Virus record (IMG/VR): IMGVR_UViG_3300042509_001467
Coordinates: 16,668-80,667 of that record
Length of the DNA: 64,000 nucleotides
Reading direction: 5' to 3' (one strand)
Source: a virus
The translations under genes were made by a program, and so were the position numbers. Position 1 is the first letter of the stretch, and each line of letters opens with the position of its first letter. Shown piece after piece: positions 8,374 to 16,530 of the stretch. The notes under the pieces were generated by a model. That model saw only the letters and a program-made list of their open reading frames with translations, was not told the DNA's origin and searched no databases.

Positions 8374-8726
8374 AGTGCCTCCTCCTTTATTTTAAGTCCT
8401 TTTTCTATCCTCTTAGCGTTGTATGACGCTAGGCGCGTCCTTGCCTCGTCAATTCCTGCTCTTAGTGCCTCTTGCTCAGTCAAAAATAACCCGTGGCTAC
8501 GTGCGATCTTTTCTGCCTCGACTTCGCTTGTGCTTGCTCCAAACATGGTGCTTGCCCCCAGGTTGATTACAAACGCCCAGTTTGCGTTTGATCTCTTATG
8601 TATTGCGGTGCAATGCGACTTCTCCACTACGACGAAGAAGTGTCCAACTTTTGCAGCGTGGTGCTTGCGGTACTCCTTCTTGGTTGTGGTTCTGAATGTA
8701 AATCCTTCAATTGCTTGTGTTTTCAT
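8370..8726 (-). CDS. Hypothetical protein
   Basis: Operon packing. Confidence 0.6.
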   Translation of the reverse strand: MKTQAIEGFTFRTTTKKEYRKHHAAKVGHFFVVVEKSHCTAIHKRSNANWAFVINLGASTMFGASTSEVEAEKIARSHGLFLTEQEALRAGIDEARTRLASYNAKRIEKGLKIKEEAL

Positions 8727-8869
8727 AGTTCATGTTCTCCGATGTATCGTAGAGTCTCCCCGGTTTCCCGGGGTTCTCTTAGGTATTGCAGGGTTGCTGT
8801 GATCGTGCCGCAAATTACTGCGAAGAGTGCGACCAGTACGATCAGGTCTGTCATTTTTTGGTTTTTCAT
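8723..8869 (-). CDS. Small membrane protein (48 aa, not in ORF track)
   Basis: MKNQKMTDLIVLVALFAVICGTITATLQYL...; fills the gap with 4-nt overlaps at both ends. Confidence 0.6.
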   Translation of the reverse strand: MKNQKMTDLIVLVALFAVICGTITATLQYLREPRETGETLRYIGEHEL

Positions 8870-9237
8870 GGTTGGGTTTTCTCCGGTTTGTATAGTCCCA
8901 TAACATAGTTATATTCATCATCGCTGACTGGGATATCTTGCTCACTCATATTGTCTAGCCCAAGACATAGGATTGATTGAATCTCTTGCATCACCTCTGG
9001 CGGCAGCTTGCCGACATTCTCACCTTCTAACCTGATTAGAACATTGTCGCCTAACCCAGTCTCATCATGCGGCATATCCCAGTACCCATTAAGGTAGTAA
9101 TCGTTAGGCTCAAGGCAATACACCCGCACTCCTGCAGTAATTGCGTCCTGCTCTTCTTCGTCTGATGTAAAGCAGAAGTTCTCGCACTCCTTTTCTTCAT
9201 GCAGGTACTTGTAGTCGTCAACGTCGTATATTTTCAT
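8866..9237 (-). CDS. Acidic hypothetical early protein
   Basis: Operon packing. Confidence 0.65.
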   Translation of the reverse strand: MKIYDVDDYKYLHEEKECENFCFTSDEEEQDAITAGVRVYCLEPNDYYLNGYWDMPHDETGLGDNVLIRLEGENVGKLPPEVMQEIQSILCLGLDNMSEQDIPVSDDEYNYVMGLYKPEKTQP

Positions 9238-9650
9238 GCTGGTTCTCCGTTTTGAAACATCTTAAACTCTGCCCCATGGTCCAGGTAATCGAGGCTCTTA
9301 GATAAATCCTCCCTGATTTCTGCGTCGTAGTCGCGCTTAGATTTTACGTGAGATTCAAGGTATGCCCCTTCTGATTTCTCATCAAAATCATATCTAGCGC
9401 AGGTCTTGAGTGCCATTTCAAAGCTTCCGAGATGCCCGATATGAACGTCAATTACCTCATGTCCGCACTCACGGGTGTAGATGTCTTTTAGCTCAAACGC
9501 TTGGCACTTTCCGTCATCGTTTCGCGATATGTAGTACTTGCCAAACATTAGACAATCGTCTTTAATCTCAACCTGGGTCGTCTTAATACCCATAAGTGCC
9601 GTGTACCTTTTTGCGGTGTTGATCTCTTCGTTAGTAAATGTTTTGTTCAT
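9234..9650 (-). CDS. Hypothetical early protein
   Basis: AGGATAGA RBS. Confidence 0.7.
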   Translation of the reverse strand: MNKTFTNEEINTAKRYTALMGIKTTQVEIKDDCLMFGKYYISRNDDGKCQAFELKDIYTRECGHEVIDVHIGHLGSFEMALKTCARYDFDEKSEGAYLESHVKSKRDYDAEIREDLSKSLDYLDHGAEFKMFQNGEPA

Positions 9651-9663
9651 TGTTTTCTATCCT

Positions 9664-9731
9664 GCTATGAGTTCGGCATAGCTCCCTAGAATCTTTGGAC
9701 TCTAGGCAACCCTGCCGGGGTTGCTTTACTC
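9664..9731 (-). ncRNA. Unassigned structured RNA (three hairpins with potential pseudoknots)
   Basis: GCAACCC/GGGUUGC, CUAGAGUC/GAUUCUAG and GCUAUG/CAUAGC fill the intergenic gap up to the RBS. Confidence 0.6.
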
Positions 9732-9962
9732 TTACTCTACCGGGGCGCACCCTGGCTTATACATCTTTTGCCACGGTTCATGGCGCATAAACCTTTCGGC
9801 GTGGTCAATGTTCATGCCCTTAAACATCCGTTTCTCTTGGTGCATCCAGATTTTGACTAGCCCAGTGCTTCGGTCTACGAATTCCAGCCACCACCCGCCA
9901 TGTCGTTTGCCCATCCACTCAAGCTGCAATACGTGAGTATCATTCTGCTCAATGATCGTCAT
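9732..9962 (-). CDS. Hypothetical early protein
   Basis: Operon packing. Confidence 0.6.
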   Translation of the reverse strand: MTIIEQNDTHVLQLEWMGKRHGGWWLEFVDRSTGLVKIWMHQEKRMFKGMNIDHAERFMRHEPWQKMYKPGCAPVE

Positions 9963-10156
9963 AATTTATTCACCATCGCGCTAGGGTCTAGCCACGGGTT
10001 GATACCATCCGCATCCGTGACTCTAAACCTTTCGAATCCTTGATCTATCGCCCATTTCTTAGCCTCTTCGAACCGTGACCCATCGCCGACGGTGATAACA
10101 TCTTCTGCCCATTCCGGGTCACCCTTTCGGTGTCCCCATAATACGAATTCTCTCAT
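9959..10156 (-). CDS. Hypothetical early protein
   Basis: Operon packing; AGGAGG upstream. Confidence 0.65.
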   Translation of the reverse strand: MREFVLWGHRKGDPEWAEDVITVGDGSRFEEAKKWAIDQGFERFRVTDADGINPWLDPSAMVNKL

Positions 10157-10329
10157 AGTTCCATTGCCTCCTGCTCTCTCGATTGTTGCACCAGGTCTGC
10201 CGCATCGAAGAGGGGTTGAAATTGGCGCGTCATCTCTGCCGCCATTTGGTCATTGATTGCCCTCTTTGCGTCTGCCGGGTTTAACCCGGCATATACGGTC
10301 TTTTGGTTTATGATAATCTCAATTCTCAT
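10153..10329 (-). CDS. Hypothetical early protein (58 aa, not in ORF track)
   Basis: MRIEIIINQKTVYAGLNPADAK...; 4-nt overlaps on both sides. Confidence 0.55.
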   Translation of the reverse strand: MRIEIIINQKTVYAGLNPADAKRAINDQMAAEMTRQFQPLFDAADLVQQSREQEAMEL

Positions 10330-10523
10330 GCCTTCGCCTCATCAGCATTGAATAGCTTCACGATCTGGCACTCTGCACCAGGTGCGAAGCACCTTTGCCC
10401 TAAGCTGCATCCGGTAATCGGACGCCATAGCTCCATCATTGACCATTGGCTAGAGTCCCAATCCGATCTAACGCGCCACGCGTGATTCTTATACTTCACG
10501 ATTGAGCCGCTTGGAATAATCAC
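10326..10523 (-). CDS. Hypothetical early protein
   Basis: GTG start with AGGAGG RBS. Confidence 0.6.
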   Translation of the reverse strand: MIIPSGSIVKYKNHAWRVRSDWDSSQWSMMELWRPITGCSLGQRCFAPGAECQIVKLFNADEAKA

Positions 10524-10618
10524 GCTCTGAACCTCCTGGCGATTCTTCGAAGTTTGAGGGTGCTGATCTTGGTCCTGTTAACGTGACCTTTGCCTTGATA
10601 TGTTTTGATTGTATCCAT
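10520..10618 (-). CDS. 32-aa basic Arg-rich peptide directly downstream of the twister ribozyme
   Basis: MDTIKTYQGKGHVNRTKISTLKLRRIARRFRA; AGGATAG RBS; stop overlaps the next start (GTGA). Confidence 0.55.
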   Translation of the reverse strand: MDTIKTYQGKGHVNRTKISTLKLRRIARRFRA

Positions 10619-10626
10619 GTGTCTAT

Positions 10627-10676
10627 CCTCACTCTCTATTTTCACGGGCTTGTGACCGTCCATGGCTAGATTAAGG
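10627..10676 (-). ncRNA. Twister self-cleaving ribozyme, type P1
   Basis: Minus-strand RNA CCU-UAA-UCUA-GCC-AUGG-ACGG-UCACAAGC-CCGU-GAAAA-UAGA-GAGUG-AGG. P1 CCU/AGG, P2 UCUA/UAGA, P4 ACGG/CCGU; loop CAC pairs with GUG and GC pairs with GC for the two pseudoknots; invariant UAA and GAG in L1. Predicted cut U10673/A10672. Confidence 0.93.
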
Positions 10677-10702
10677 GTGCCAGGTGCTAACCTGGCATAG
10701 TG

Positions 10703-11119
10703 TTACTTGATCTTTGAGAGTGTCCAGCCATCCTCAGTCTTGCCATTGAATGTCTGCTCTAGAGTCCAGCCCAATTCTTTAAGCGCGTTGATCACTGATG
10801 ATTCACCCGCTGCCGAGGTTCGCGCGATCTTGTTATGCTCATCGCTTCCATGAGTGTAAATCCATCTTAGAAAATCTGCCATGACTGCCGAGGTCTTGCA
10901 ATACCCATACCCGCTGGCATACGCTACCTTTTCGCCTCGATGGTTACTGATTCGCGGGCATGACCCCCAGGTACTAGACTTGTTGTAGCTGATTGCGAAT
11001 CCGGCGCGTCCAGTGCCGTACTCTGAGTTGATTTGATTTACTAACACTTGCGCGTATTCTTGTGCGCGTAATTCAAGCGTCGTTAGTTTAGGTGTTTTGG
11101 TTGTTGTTGTATCGCTCAT
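10703..11119 (-). CDS. Conserved early protein (homolog of 47666..48052)
   Basis: S.TWG..P, ASG.GY.K.SA, L.W, EH.KI..AG, AL.E.G..LE shared with the phage B gene. Confidence 0.8.
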   Translation of the reverse strand: MSDTTTTKTPKLTTLELRAQEYAQVLVNQINSEYGTGRAGFAISYNKSSTWGSCPRISNHRGEKVAYASGYGYCKTSAVMADFLRWIYTHGSDEHNKIARTSAAGESSVINALKELGWTLEQTFNGKTEDGWTLSKIK

Positions 11120-11155
11120 TTGGTTTATCCTTAGTCTTGATTGCTGGTCATTGCG

Positions 11156-11410
11156 TTAGTTTTGTACGCTCATGTGGTCACTGTAGCTGCTCAGATACTC
11201 CTGCAGGTACTCAGGGTCATTATCACGCTTTGCGGCCGCTATCTCTGAGCGAATCTCTTCCATGTCCCCGGCATCGTCTATAATCACTGAGCGTTTACCC
11301 TGGCTGATTTGGTAGTAATGGCATCCGAACCGGTTTACTAGCTTAACTGTATATTTGGTCTTAGGTCGCGCCACTGTAAAGAGTGAACCGTTCAGGTATT
11401 CCGGTGTCAT
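11156..11410 (-). CDS. Hypothetical early protein
   Basis: Start at MTPEY overlapping the upstream stop. Confidence 0.55.
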   Translation of the reverse strand: MTPEYLNGSLFTVARPKTKYTVKLVNRFGCHYYQISQGKRSVIIDDAGDMEEIRSEIAAAKRDNDPEYLQEYLSSYSDHMSVQN

Positions 11411-11853
11411 ACAACACCCCACATCTCTTGCCCGTCCACGTACAATGTCATATTGCCATGATCTGAGACCACCAGGTAAGTACCCGATGGATCGTCTGGC
11501 AATTCGTCGCACTTGATCAAATCGCCATCGTAAATGTCATGTTCTAGACTCTCTTGGCTGATCCAATACCCGAAGTCTGAACCATCTCCCTCATGCGCTC
11601 CAAAGTACGCGTATGGTGGTGCAATAGCGTTCATCTCATCGAAGAGAATGTCATTCAGGTACTCGTCCAGTAGGTCATCGTCCCCAACCTCCTCATCAGT
11701 TAGGCGATTCAATGCATCCTGAATCTCTTCGGGTAGCGTGAAGGATGAATTGTACTCTTTGAGTACGTCCACGAAGTCAGGAATGAGATCGGCTGCGATG
11801 TGCGTACCATGTGAGATGGTGCCGAGTGGTGCGAATTGTTTTGATCGTGTCAT
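11407..11853 (-). CDS. Acidic conserved phage early protein
   Basis: GTISHGT..DLIP.F; APPY.YFGAHEGDGSDFGYW; VSDHGN; GGAGGA RBS. Confidence 0.75.
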   Translation of the reverse strand: MTRSKQFAPLGTISHGTHIAADLIPDFVDVLKEYNSSFTLPEEIQDALNRLTDEEVGDDDLLDEYLNDILFDEMNAIAPPYAYFGAHEGDGSDFGYWISQESLEHDIYDGDLIKCDELPDDPSGTYLVVSDHGNMTLYVDGQEMWGVV

Positions 11854-12062
11854 TAAAATAGTCCTCCAAATTGGCAATGCTGCCGCATCTCTTTTTCGCT
11901 CATGGGCTCGCAAGTCATGCGCTCGATTGTTTCTAGGCATGATTGGTCCGACTTTTGGGACCAGAAACGCTTTAGATCGTCTAGGTCCTCTTGGTAAAAC
12001 CTGCTGCCGGGAGTGAGATGCTTCGAAGCTAGTTTAAAAGCTTTTTGCTGTAATCGTGTCAT
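11853..12062 (-). CDS. First gene of early operon, hypothetical
   Basis: GGATA RBS; preceded by a 5' hairpin and promoter. Confidence 0.6.
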   Translation of the reverse strand: MTRLQQKAFKLASKHLTPGSRFYQEDLDDLKRFWSQKSDQSCLETIERMTCEPMSEKEMRQHCQFGGLF

Positions 12063-12099
12063 TTTGGTTATCCATGCAGCTCGCCGAGCTACGTTTAAG

Positions 12100-12108
12100 A
12101 TATTAGCA
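12100..12108 (-). promoter_or_regulatory. Early promoter, extended -10 (TGC-TAATAT)
   Basis: Located ~40 nt upstream of the first leftward gene; leader begins with hairpin GUAGCUC/GAGCUGC. Confidence 0.6.
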
Positions 12109-12653
12109 CAGTATTTTCTAAACTGTATACTTCCGGTATCCTATTTTGTGCAAGTCAGGTATTTATACTGTATTCACTGAATACATTTATATTCAGATTT
12201 TTTTGTTTTTTGGAATATGAGCTTATTGCAAACAATTTGCAATAGTGTGATCCGACAATAAGCCAAGACGCCATTTGGTACGCGCTTCCAACCTTGTACC
12301 TATCCCTAGAAGTTCCGGCGCAGCTTTGTACCTTTTCTTGCGTGTATATAGTGTGTGGTACGTTTGTCTACACGTTTTACGTTAAAATTAATTCGTTCGA
12401 TTTCCTAATTGTTGCGTGTGCAAGTATTTAGGTAGGGGGTACGGGGGACGAGCGGTTGAATTGTAGGGTATGTACCCCAACACATATGCCGACCTATTTT
12501 CAATTACCCCTTGCTCGTACCTACTCTCGATCTCAAGTTCAATTCAGCCTACGTAGCGACAGCGAATGTAGGCGTGTATTTTTCTTTTGAACCTAAATCA
12601 AGTGCCATAACGTTATTCCAAGACTTTATTTAAAAACCTGGTAATTTTAACAG

Positions 12654-12682
12654 TAGACAAGGTTTTTTTTACCGGGTATATT
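12654..12682 (+). promoter_or_regulatory. sigma70-type promoter for the rightward (lysis/structural) operon
   Basis: TAGACA-17 bp-TATATT. Confidence 0.65.
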
Positions 12683-12942
12683 CCTTCCTATACAGACTGA
12701 GCGATAGCTTAGTCTGCCCGCGACTAGCGGGAGCCGCACCAAGCTCCGGATTACAAGCTTTCACCCACGCCCTGCTAATTCGCAGGGCGCAAGAAGCAAG
12801 CATAGTAGTTTAGCGTAAGTACAATAGGATGCTTAAAGTGGATGCTCAAAGTGAAGCTACGCCTGGATGTTTACCTTAGTTGTATACGGGTATTTACGAG
12901 TAATTAGAGTCTTTTAGGGGTTGTGACTCGTTCTTAGAGTTA

Positions 12943-13542
12943 ATGGGAGAATTAACACCAAGACAGAGGGAGTGGCTTGAAGAGGTGGATATGCCTAAGC
13001 CTGAGTCTATTAACACAGGGCGTAGCCCTGCTAGTAGGCAACTCTTGATTACAAGGCTCGGTCACCCTAGTGAGTTCTATACTACTAAGTGCGGGGTTGT
13101 GCAGCCAGGCTTACTGGCTGACCGGATTGTGACTCGGAGTGTTGGACCCTTTCGGGTGACTGGGCTTGATGTTGCGGTTGCTTGTCTTGCTTACGCTATG
13201 AAGCGGGTCAAGCAATATGAGTCAGAGTTGTACGGGATTCTTGGAAGTGCCGGGATGCTCTGCGTTCGCATGGTGCGCGGGGGTAACTCGCCTAGCATAC
13301 ATAGCTGGGGATGCGCTATTGACATCTTGATTGGCGGGAAGTTAGACGACTATGGAGACGGCAAGACCCTCAAAGGCTTGTTTGTCCTCCATCAGTACAT
13401 GAAGCAGGAGGGTTGGTACTGGGGCGCGGAGTTTCGTAAAGAGGATTCGATGCACTGGGAACTAGCCAATGACAGGTTGCAGACCTTACTCTCTTTGAGA
13501 GGTAAGGAGTTGCGTGACTACATCGCGGGAAGTAAAACATGA
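12943..13542 (+). CDS. Endolysin, M15-family metallopeptidase
   Basis: R..S.HSWG.AID and WG..F...D.MH.E motifs. Confidence 0.88.
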   Translation: MGELTPRQREWLEEVDMPKPESINTGRSPASRQLLITRLGHPSEFYTTKCGVVQPGLLADRIVTRSVGPFRVTGLDVAVACLAYAMKRVKQYESELYGILGSAGMLCVRMVRGGNSPSIHSWGCAIDILIGGKLDDYGDGKTLKGLFVLHQYMKQEGWYWGAEFRKEDSMHWELANDRLQTLLSLRGKELRDYIAGSKT

Positions 13543-13925
13543 AATTCAAAATCTATCTAAGCGTGAAGTTTCGTGCCTTTGGGATCACCTTTGGCACCGT
13601 GAAGAAGGAATGGGAGCGGGATTTACCCCGTGAGATCAAAGACGGCTTTGTTTTTAAGCCCATTAACGAGAAGGATGTCAAGGTCGAGATTGATTTAGAC
13701 CCGCTAGTGGAGGTCGGCAACGAGTTTAACACCCTGATTACTGCCACGGTCAAGTACCGAGTACCTATTTTCGGGTACTGGAACGAAATTCAGCAAGAAA
13801 CAGAGGTCAAATTTCCATCAACGGGTACGCATACCGCGATTAAAGAGCGCGGTATTAATCTGACCTACGAATGGACGCGAGTTGCTCCAACAATCTTGCG
13901 TGATACCGACAAGATTAAGCCTTGA
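13539..13925 (+). CDS. Hypothetical protein (internal two-fold repeat)
   Basis: PINEKDVKVEI vs AIKERGINLTY; FRAFG vs VPIFG. Confidence 0.6.
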   Translation: MKFKIYLSVKFRAFGITFGTVKKEWERDLPREIKDGFVFKPINEKDVKVEIDLDPLVEVGNEFNTLITATVKYRVPIFGYWNEIQQETEVKFPSTGTHTAIKERGINLTYEWTRVAPTILRDTDKIKP

Positions 13926-14407
13926 AGAAGCCTAGAGACGAGCATAACGACGAGTTAGGGGCTGATTTGCCAGCCGAGACGCCAGCCGTTCGCGGTGATG
14001 TGCTGATCGGCAAGGCGATTCCAGCCCTTGCTATGGGTACTTTGGTCGGCAAGTTTGTTGTCAAGGTCGCCACGGGCGAATTGACGATGGATGCGGCGAA
14101 GTATGACGTTGGCTTGCCCTCTACTTGGTTCCCAGACCTAGAGGTTCTGGCAATGATTGAAGAAGTCAAGTCCAAGTACGAGATCGGGCAGATCATGTCT
14201 GGACCAGTCGTGCTTGGCGAGATGTGGGAGATATACGCGGTGGCTAAGTTATCGGGCGATATGCGCCTTGCTTTGACTACCCTGAATATGATCTTGACGT
14301 GGGGATCAAAACTAGCCCCGCCAAAGAAGGCAGACATCGAGGGGCAACAAGCAATCTCTCGCTTTACCGTGAGTAGAGACGCAGACCCAAGAGCAAAAAA
14401 GAAATGA
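13922..14407 (+). CDS. Putative terminase small subunit
   Basis: Position immediately before TerL and size only. Confidence 0.45.
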   Translation: MKKPRDEHNDELGADLPAETPAVRGDVLIGKAIPALAMGTLVGKFVVKVATGELTMDAAKYDVGLPSTWFPDLEVLAMIEEVKSKYEIGQIMSGPVVLGEMWEIYAVAKLSGDMRLALTTLNMILTWGSKLAPPKKADIEGQQAISRFTVSRDADPRAKKK

Positions 14408-14414
14408 GAGTGTA

Positions 14415-15947
14415 ATGGATTGGCGAGAATTTAGATGTTGTAGCCCGGCGCAACGCCTCTTTCTTGACGCCTGTTTTGGCGTTGGGGTAAAGGCGCGTAC
14501 CGACGGGCGTACAAAACTCTATGTTCTCGGCGGTGGTGCTGGATTCGGTGGTAAGTCCTACTCAATCCGCACCGGAATCTTTGAGGCGGCTGTACGGCTT
14601 GCTGAGGCGGGAGTAAACAACCCATTGCAACTTGTATGCTGCCTCATGGAGACTGACCTTGAAGAGCGGCATATCAACAAGATTCTGCATAGCCAGGACA
14701 CGTACCCGCATGACGGCGAAGATATTGCTCGGCGTGGTCAGGACATCGGCTTGCTTAACGTTGGAACGCTAAAGCGTGAGGGTAAGAGCCAAGCCTGGAC
14801 ATTTACGTTTGAAGACCCGAAGCTAGGCAAGGTGTACTTTCGCCATGCCAAGAACCTAGACCGTAGAAAGGGTGCGGAGTACGATATGATCTGGGTGGAC
14901 GAGCTTACGCAGTTTGCCCGTGAGGATTTTGACTCCTTCAACTATATCCTTCGATCCTCAAAGAATCCCCCCTTCCTATCCTTCGTAGGCGTTACCAACC
15001 CTGACGGGCTTGGCAACTGGTGGGTGCGTAAGCTATGGGTTCCCGAGTTCCAAGACTTCTCAGACGAGAAGCTGACTAAGGAGCAGTTTGTCTTTGTACC
15101 CTTTAGGGCGACGGACAACCCGACCTTTAACGCTGACGTAGAGGCAACCCTGACCTCGGCATCGGACGTGATGGTCAAGAGCCGTTGGTACGGCGAGTGG
15201 GACATCATCAGCGGTATGCGCTTCCGGTTCCAAGAATCGGTGCATACCTTTACATGGCGCGACTTTGTAAAGTTCTACATGGGTAAGGAGTTTACGGATG
15301 CGCTGACTGATAGCATGGTCAATGACTATGCCCGGGAGCTATTGCTAGATGAGGAGCTTCTGGCGCATTACGCATCGTTTGACCCTGGTCTTGCTCATGC
15401 CTCCTTCCATATCCACGCCGTTGACAAGCATGGCAACGTTTGGACATGGCGTGAGCTTTACATGAACGACATGATTATCTTGGAGCAAGCTGACGCAATC
15501 CTCAAAGAACTTGCAGGGCTAAAGATCAGGAAGATGTTTGCTGACCCTGCGCTATGGGGCAGGGATCAGGGGACGGGGCTTGCCCGTGTATCTCAGTTTA
15601 GGAAGAAGGGGATCAACTTCTTTCCAGCGTACAACGACCGCATTAGCGGTTGGTCGCTGATAGACGAGAAGCTAGACCATAAGGGGCAACCAGGTACAGA
15701 AGGGTTTGTTAAGCCAAAGGCGATGATCCATTCTGGATGTAAGATGCTCTGCCACGGGTTACGGAACGCGCCAGCGAATAAGCATAACCCAGACGATATT
15801 GACCCTCAGTTTAAGGATGACCACGCACTAGATGACTACCGCTACTTTATTTTCTCACACTTCGGGAAACCAACCAACGCAAACAGGAAGAAATATGACA
15901 ACCAAAACAACAGAATCGAAGAAGGTTCAGCCCTTGCATCTCTCTAA
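14415..15947 (+). CDS. terL: Terminase large subunit
   Basis: GGGAGFGGKS Walker A, IWVDELTQF Walker B, TNP coupling motif, FDPG and DDHALDDYRY nuclease motifs. Confidence 0.92.
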   Translation: MDWREFRCCSPAQRLFLDACFGVGVKARTDGRTKLYVLGGGAGFGGKSYSIRTGIFEAAVRLAEAGVNNPLQLVCCLMETDLEERHINKILHSQDTYPHDGEDIARRGQDIGLLNVGTLKREGKSQAWTFTFEDPKLGKVYFRHAKNLDRRKGAEYDMIWVDELTQFAREDFDSFNYILRSSKNPPFLSFVGVTNPDGLGNWWVRKLWVPEFQDFSDEKLTKEQFVFVPFRATDNPTFNADVEATLTSASDVMVKSRWYGEWDIISGMRFRFQESVHTFTWRDFVKFYMGKEFTDALTDSMVNDYARELLLDEELLAHYASFDPGLAHASFHIHAVDKHGNVWTWRELYMNDMIILEQADAILKELAGLKIRKMFADPALWGRDQGTGLARVSQFRKKGINFFPAYNDRISGWSLIDEKLDHKGQPGTEGFVKPKAMIHSGCKMLCHGLRNAPANKHNPDDIDPQFKDDHALDDYRYFIFSHFGKPTNANRKKYDNQNNRIEEGSALASL

Positions 15948-16530
15948 GCAGAGAATACCTTTGCAGGTCTACGTCTCAATGCTTTCGATCCTTGATCAAG
16001 TATTGCGCGACACGGGGCGTATCCCGAGTGCAAAGCCCATCTTGTACGCGGGTGACGAGTGGCGCATCTCCTTTGTTCCAAACACAATCCATATCAACGG
16101 CATCATCACGGTCGAACGCTACCAGGGGCAACACGTCTCAGAGCAACTGCACCGCCGCATCGTTGAACTGGGTGAAGAGCGCGACAACCTTATCAGGAAG
16201 ATCAAGCCGCTATCGGTTTCGACCTTGCCACCAGAAGATAGTGACGCTTGGAAGGAGATGTCGGAGAACCGCAAGCTCAACATGAAGTACGAGCATGAGC
16301 GGCAGAAGAGGGCAAAAGATGTACCAACAACCCGCTTAGAGAATGTCAACAAGGAATATGATAGGCTTGCGGCTATGCAAGCCGAACTGACTATCGGGGT
16401 CAGTAGGTTTGACATTACGCTTGAAGACTTCCAGAAAGAGATTTGCACAAAGGATTCTGGACCGGGCAACTACCAAGTAGAGATGAACGTCAATCCCTAT
16501 GTAGGACTATCTGACAATGCCGATCTTTGA
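15895..16530 (+). CDS. Hypothetical protein
   Basis: AGGAAG RBS before MTTKT; fills the gap. Confidence 0.6.
   Translation: MTTKTTESKKVQPLHLSKQRIPLQVYVSMLSILDQVLRDTGRIPSAKPILYAGDEWRISFVPNTIHINGIITVERYQGQHVSEQLHRRIVELGEERDNLIRKIKPLSVSTLPPEDSDAWKEMSENRKLNMKYEHERQKRAKDVPTTRLENVNKEYDRLAAMQAELTIGVSRFDITLEDFQKEICTKDSGPGNYQVEMNVNPYVGLSDNADL

Noticed and set aside
8730-8945. 71-aa ORF in the track
   Set aside because: Overlaps 8866..9237; the 8723..8869 frame fits the operon better.
11690-11710. CUGAUGA heptamers on the minus strand (also near 10340 and 45030)
   Set aside because: Inside coding sequence, with no GAAA core or flanking stems to complete a hammerhead.
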